64,000 nt of DNA, from the IMG/VR virus record IMGVR_UViG_3300014656_001812. The stretch is one strand, 5' to 3'. Within the stretch, counting starts at the first letter, position 1, and each line of letters starts with the position of its first letter. The notes beneath the pieces are model-generated. The model saw nothing but the letters and a program-made list of their open reading frames with translations. It had not been told where the DNA came from and searched no databases. Made by a program: the position numbers and the translations under genes. This DNA is from an uncultured virus (IMG/VR IMGVR_UViG_3300014656_001812) (taxonomy: Duplodnaviria; Heunggongvirae; Uroviricota; Caudoviricetes). Shown here piece by piece: positions 59,241 to 64,000 of this stretch.

Positions 59241-62200
59241 TAGATTAAATTAGCCTCCAATGCCTGTGCTACTTGATATGCCGATATATTGCTAGAAGAT
59301 ATAGAAGCTCCGCCATATTCTCTATTGATCATACTAGTTATAGCCGCCATCTTTTCAGTAGGCAGAGCAGTATCAACGTGAACAACCCTGTCCCTCATTT
59401 TCTGAGGAGGATGCTGTATCTGATACTCGGGATCGTCTTGAATATGAAATGTAGGATCTGGCGCGCCGAGGTTAGCTACACCAATCATCGCGGCGGCTAG
59501 TCCTATCGCGGCCATTGTTCTTGATCTACCCGTATGAATCAAGGGGCGCATAAGCTCATCTGGTATTCTGATATAATCACCAGGAGCAGTCTTAACAGGA
59601 GAAAGCAACCCAAGAAAGTCGTGAAGAAGGGGATCCTCCATACGTACAGCCTGATTCCTCGCCCTCTGCCAAGCCCCCAATCCTGGCTTTTCTCCACCAA
59701 GAAATTGAGTAATCAGACCTCTCTCAATAGAAGGATCCTGATGACGAACTCCTTCCGCCCACTTCCTCTTGCCTAGCAAGACATCTGCAAATTGATAAGC
59801 AAATATATGTTTCTCAGTGAGACGAAAATTCTCCATATCAAAGATATCATTTAGAAGAACCTTAATATTTTCCTTATGGATCTTAATATCTTCGTTCCAT
59901 AAGAAGTCTTTCTCTCCTCTCCTAGAATTGATAAGATTGAAGACCTCATCAATATTCGTTACAGGAGTGCCAAATTTCTGGCTGACAGCGCCGAGAAGGG
60001 CATCTCCATATTCTGCTAATCCCCTAGCTATATCTCTCTGCATTGTATCATGGTCTGCCATCTTTATACCAAGCCTAACTTGCTGACCCATAACGGTTTC
60101 ATCTATAGCTAGAAATGTTCGCGCGAGCTCAGCGGCTGTATTCTCTGGCCCAGCTGTGCGTGTCGGTTCAAGCCTTGTCCATATATCCTTCTTTAGATCG
60201 GTTGTGTCTTTCATCTTCTCTAGTAATTTATGTTGCCACTCATCTCCTAACACTCCGAAGGCATTACTAGATATAAATGTCATAGCACCAGAGATTTTTT
60301 CCATTAAACCGATGGCCTCTTCTGCCCCAGCGTATCCTCCCAACAGATCAAGCATAGCTTTTGCAGTTAGCATAGCGCTAGCACTTCCATCTATACTTTC
60401 GCCCGCAAGATCTTTTATTCCTTTTTCTACGTTCGTTTCCCTCATAATAGCAGATATTACATTATATTTTTCTTCGTTGGCAAGAAGTTTCATATTCTGA
60501 TGCATTATTTCAAAGTAAGAAGCAGTGGCGGCAAAACTTTCGTGGCGCAGATCTCTGACATCCGTTAGCCGACGGCGCGCAGTATCTACCGCGAAGGCAG
60601 CAAGATCTCCCATTCCTCCTTCAAATGTCTTCAAAGGAAGACCTTCTCTTACTACCTGCGGATCCATCACCAATCTTACTGTGCGATCTGCCCGTAAAAG
60701 ATCCTGAAAATGGTATCCTATATTTCCATCTGTTAGTTCCTCTAATCCAACAAATTTATATGGATTTTTAGGGTGCATAGCGGCGCGATCAAAGCGCAAT
60801 GATTCTCTATGTGGACCTTTCTGCTTAAAAACAGTGGCAATATTCTTAGACGATTCTTCCATCCGTATACCGGGTATCTTATCTAAATCTTGAGTAGAAA
60901 CTACAATCTCCCCAAGATTGAATATACTTTTTCCAGACGCAGCATCAACATTATAGTTAGTGATGAGACTCCTGGCATTAGCATCAGCAGTGAGAGTAGT
61001 TAATAGATTTACAGTTGCAGCTACATCGCCAAGAACATTGTGCATTTCCGTCGTTGCGCGAGGGACCATTAATCCAAGAGCAGAGTGCCGAACGTTTATT
61101 CCTTTGGCATCAAGTCCACCAATTAATGTAGTAAGTTCACTAGGTCTCATCTTAGAGAACATCTGGTGCATTTGTCTAGTAGCCGTAAGAGTATCAATGG
61201 CGCGTCCGAACTCAAGGTCCCATCCCCATTGTCGAAGAATTAGTCTATCAAAGTTTAGGTAGTTATGGCCAGCCTCAACTGCGTCGGCAAGGGGCACGCC
61301 AATCTTAGTAAACTCCCCCTTCACCGTAGATGTAATCTCGCCCATAGTTGCTAATTTTGTTCCAGCGGGCGTTGTGCTTACATATCTCTCGAATATCTCT
61401 TCTACATTCTTCGGGGCGACGAATATTTTTCTATTATTCCCAATCTCTTTGCCTTCGTGTATCACTCCTGCCTTAACCATTTGCTTTATAAGCATTTCGC
61501 TTTCACTAGAGGTAAATGGAAAGAGGTCTGTCGGGCCAGCCTTCTTCATAAACCTTTCTATTTCTACCTTACCAATATCCTCTAGTTTTCCTGTGTATTC
61601 CATTCCTTGGAATTGTTGTGCGAGCTTCAGGTAGTCTTGCCATATCTCGGCCTCTGCGCCGTGAGGTACTTGTAGTCTAAATACCTTTGTTACAGCCTCG
61701 GGACCGTTACCAATTTGTATACCAATTTCATAAGGAAGAAGAGGAACTCTATCGGCGAGACCAATAGTTTCTATATCAACAAACATAGTCTTCTTAGCAT
61801 ACTTAGCCTGGAAGTCTCTCATAATCTCAGAGAAATCCATCGCCTCGCCGTAGCCCAACTCCTTTAATGGATACTTCTTAAGCAAAGCCGCTTGGTGTGC
61901 AACATCTCCCATTATAGAAGCAGACTCTTTAGCACCTACTTGATGTATCAAACCAAACGCTTCTACATTCTGTCCTGGTTGAAGACTAATCTGGAAGGCA
62001 TCGTGGTACAATGAGAAGATATCATGAAGTTCTTTATCGACATTGTGTATAGTTAGTTGTGTTCCTTCTTTTCTAAGAAGTCTATCTTTTATAGCGGGTA
62101 TCGTACCTCCATTTTCTGCCATCCAAGGTTCTCTTAATTCACTAAGAACATTGCTTTGTTCAGTGGTAAGTGGTCCAGTCGTCTTATCTAGTATCTTAGT

Positions 62201-62890
62201 TATCTCATCAATATCAGTATGAGGATCTCTCTTTATAAGAGTCTTAGATGCGGGTGTCTGGAATATAACTCCACCAAGTTCTGCCTCTATGATGCCACCA
62301 GGACGACTCGTATATGGCACTGGCTTGCGCAACTTAGGGCCTAGAACATTATCAAGATTATCACCAGGACCACTTTCTGTTATCCATCCCCTCATAGCAG
62401 CGGGTTCAGTAGTCCCGCGCGATTCTATGAGAGCCTTGAATCCTTCAATCTCGGATATATAATCAGATATAACTGGTCTCGCGCCACTGCCTAGTCCCAT
62501 TGCCTCTTGTAGGGGTCCAAGAATCTTTGTGTCTTTCAAGTCAGGCGCGGTAGGACCATCAAGAACCTTAGACAAACTACGAAGGCCTTTTAGCATTCCT
62601 GTGTCAAGTTCTTCTTCGACGACATTATGAGGGATGCCCCTCCCATCGCTTGATATAACGATATAGTCGCCTGGACCTATCTTTGATATAGCCCACGATT
62701 CTGCCGATTGTCCAGTATATTCAGCCTGAGGCATATATGTAATAGTAGCAACGCCACCCATAACATCAACAATATATACCAAGTCCCTATGAACAATGGC
62801 CGCAACATTCTGCTGATCAGTAATGATAGGAGAACTAAAATATGATCTCTTCATTATGAATAGTAGACCATTGAGGTTAGATACAGGCAT
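59240..62890 (-). CDS. large protein with an internal DEDDh (DnaQ-like) 3'-5' exonuclease domain
   Basis: FVDIETIG (ExoI), GHNYLNFD (ExoII), IDTL and HNVLGDV (ExoIII). Confidence 0.78.
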   Translation of the reverse strand: MPVSNLNGLLFIMKRSYFSSPIITDQQNVAAIVHRDLVYIVDVMGGVATITYMPQAEYTGQSAESWAISKIGPGDYIVISSDGRGIPHNVVEEELDTGMLKGLRSLSKVLDGPTAPDLKDTKILGPLQEAMGLGSGARPVISDYISEIEGFKALIESRGTTEPAAMRGWITESGPGDNLDNVLGPKLRKPVPYTSRPGGIIEAELGGVIFQTPASKTLIKRDPHTDIDEITKILDKTTGPLTTEQSNVLSELREPWMAENGGTIPAIKDRLLRKEGTQLTIHNVDKELHDIFSLYHDAFQISLQPGQNVEAFGLIHQVGAKESASIMGDVAHQAALLKKYPLKELGYGEAMDFSEIMRDFQAKYAKKTMFVDIETIGLADRVPLLPYEIGIQIGNGPEAVTKVFRLQVPHGAEAEIWQDYLKLAQQFQGMEYTGKLEDIGKVEIERFMKKAGPTDLFPFTSSESEMLIKQMVKAGVIHEGKEIGNNRKIFVAPKNVEEIFERYVSTTPAGTKLATMGEITSTVKGEFTKIGVPLADAVEAGHNYLNFDRLILRQWGWDLEFGRAIDTLTATRQMHQMFSKMRPSELTTLIGGLDAKGINVRHSALGLMVPRATTEMHNVLGDVAATVNLLTTLTADANARSLITNYNVDAASGKSIFNLGEIVVSTQDLDKIPGIRMEESSKNIATVFKQKGPHRESLRFDRAAMHPKNPYKFVGLEELTDGNIGYHFQDLLRADRTVRLVMDPQVVREGLPLKTFEGGMGDLAAFAVDTARRRLTDVRDLRHESFAATASYFEIMHQNMKLLANEEKYNVISAIMRETNVEKGIKDLAGESIDGSASAMLTAKAMLDLLGGYAGAEEAIGLMEKISGAMTFISSNAFGVLGDEWQHKLLEKMKDTTDLKKDIWTRLEPTRTAGPENTAAELARTFLAIDETVMGQQVRLGIKMADHDTMQRDIARGLAEYGDALLGAVSQKFGTPVTNIDEVFNLINSRRGEKDFLWNEDIKIHKENIKVLLNDIFDMENFRLTEKHIFAYQFADVLLGKRKWAEGVRHQDPSIERGLITQFLGGEKPGLGAWQRARNQAVRMEDPLLHDFLGLLSPVKTAPGDYIRIPDELMRPLIHTGRSRTMAAIGLAAAMIGVANLGAPDPTFHIQDDPEYQIQHPPQKMRDRVVHVDTALPTEKMAAITSMINREYGGASISSSNISAYQVAQALEANLI

Positions 62891-63987
62891 TACAGATATC
62901 CTCCCATAAGGATATTCTCAGCATAATATTTAGTACGATCCTCTTTAATATTGAAGTGAACATCTATCCTGCTATTATAAGTATTAGATTCTAGAACTTT
63001 AATATTGAAATTTTCAATATTATTAGATACAAACATTTCAGTCAGCTTTGTCTTAACATCAGGAGTGCGCCTATGTATTGATGGCAAACATTCAAGTTCT
63101 CCTTCTCTACCAGAAGGCCACAGATTGAGTTCGTGAGCATCTATTGCTAGATCATGCGCAACATTTACCTTAAAGTCATCCAAAGAAGTATCAGGATTCC
63201 ATATTTCGTGATCTGGCGAGGGCAACCAATGAGATTGGAAATAATCTATTAGATTAATCTTGGGCTGTGACTTATGCCATTGTAGCATTAGTGCCCGCCT
63301 TGTATCACTAGGAACTTTCTTTAGTATTTCTTCCTGTTCTTCTTCACCGGCATCCAGCCATGAAGGAATATATCCACGCATTCTTTTGGGTAGCGCGCGC
63401 ATCATTTGGGCAACACTTGATCTCGTATCAAGGGCTACTACAGTTGATTCATATTGGTGTTTATAATATAATCCTTTCTGTATAATGTCAGGTAATCCAG
63501 CAAGATCACCAGACTGAAGCATATTCAATATCTGATCTGCTTGATCATATGCTCCAGCAACTTCCTGATCTTCTATTATAATTTCTGGCGGTATATTTTG
63601 AAGTTTATCGGTAGAAGAAACAATGTCTGCTAATTTCTTCAGGTTAATACCAAGATACTCATCAGAGAGATCCGAAGCGTGCTCAAATAACATCTTGAAC
63701 TTTATATATTTAATCCTATCGAACCACTCTTCTATATCTCTCATCTGTCTCTCATCTCTGGGAATATAGGTCCTTCCAATTGAACTTGGATTAAGAGCAG
63801 TACGTAAGAGAGATGTAGCAAGACCTATCGCAGCACCATAGACACCCCCTGTCATTGAACGGCGCGCACCTCTGGTAAGATTAAGGACAACACCAACGGC
63901 AGCGCCAGCGGTAGCCGCGGGTAATGGATCTTTACTACTCAGAGCAGTGTATGTAGCCTTAACGTGCTTAAATAAATTAAATCCCAT
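62890..63987 (-). CDS. hypothetical virion-associated protein
   Basis: Complete ORF with Gly/Ala-rich N-terminal helices, coupled to the next giant gene. Confidence 0.65.
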   Translation of the reverse strand: MGFNLFKHVKATYTALSSKDPLPAATAGAAVGVVLNLTRGARRSMTGGVYGAAIGLATSLLRTALNPSSIGRTYIPRDERQMRDIEEWFDRIKYIKFKMLFEHASDLSDEYLGINLKKLADIVSSTDKLQNIPPEIIIEDQEVAGAYDQADQILNMLQSGDLAGLPDIIQKGLYYKHQYESTVVALDTRSSVAQMMRALPKRMRGYIPSWLDAGEEEQEEILKKVPSDTRRALMLQWHKSQPKINLIDYFQSHWLPSPDHEIWNPDTSLDDFKVNVAHDLAIDAHELNLWPSGREGELECLPSIHRRTPDVKTKLTEMFVSNNIENFNIKVLESNTYNSRIDVHFNIKEDRTKYYAENILMGGYL

Positions 63988-64000
63988 ATATTGATCGCCA

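Noticed and set aside
19746..61634. Numerous short antisense and alternate-frame ORFs (e.g. 19746-20207, 20339-20923, 22708-23160, 49194-49739)
   Set aside because: They are shadows of long, well-supported genes and have no recognisable motifs.
48476..62890. Inteins or introns in the giant genes
   Set aside because: I recognised no intein splice-junction or LAGLIDADG motifs, and the ORFs are uninterrupted.
1..64000. Stop-codon reassignment, as seen in some large phages
   Set aside because: Standard-code ORFs tile both arms almost without gaps, and TAA, TAG and TGA all end genes at coupled junctions.

Overview
The window is a gene-dense fragment of a large tailed (myovirus-like) phage genome read in the standard genetic code. 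I found no rRNA, tRNA or CRISPR array. The + strand (1-11098) carries a sugar-modification block (two GT4, two GT2, one degenerate GT-A, a DegT aminotransferase and a hexapeptide acyltransferase), followed by primase, GroES, dNMP kinase and a PD-(D/E)XK nuclease. The - strand (11112-63987), in transcription order, carries: very large putative virion-internal proteins (one with a DEDDh exonuclease domain, one with an RNA polymerase beta-prime-like R-x-P...NMDWDAD motif); a CHAP-tipped tail protein; a baseplate and about 25 kb of Ser/Thr-rich structural genes; a lysis cassette; a Gly-x-Ser collagen-like fibre; an accessory cassette of two paralogous type IV pilin-like proteins flanking a glycosyltransferase and a B12 radical-SAM enzyme, preceded by a terminator/antiterminator-like leader; and a sigma70-promoter-driven unit (methyltransferase, Cas4-like, RuvC, sigma factor). 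Best candidates for undescribed biology: (1) phage-encoded pilins with tailoring enzymes and an RNA switch; (2) a virion glycosylation system with a candidate S-[S/A/G]-T sequon restricted to external structural proteins; (3) a virion RNA polymerase with a DxDAD catalytic variant. All calls come from motif recognition by eye; no database searches were run.
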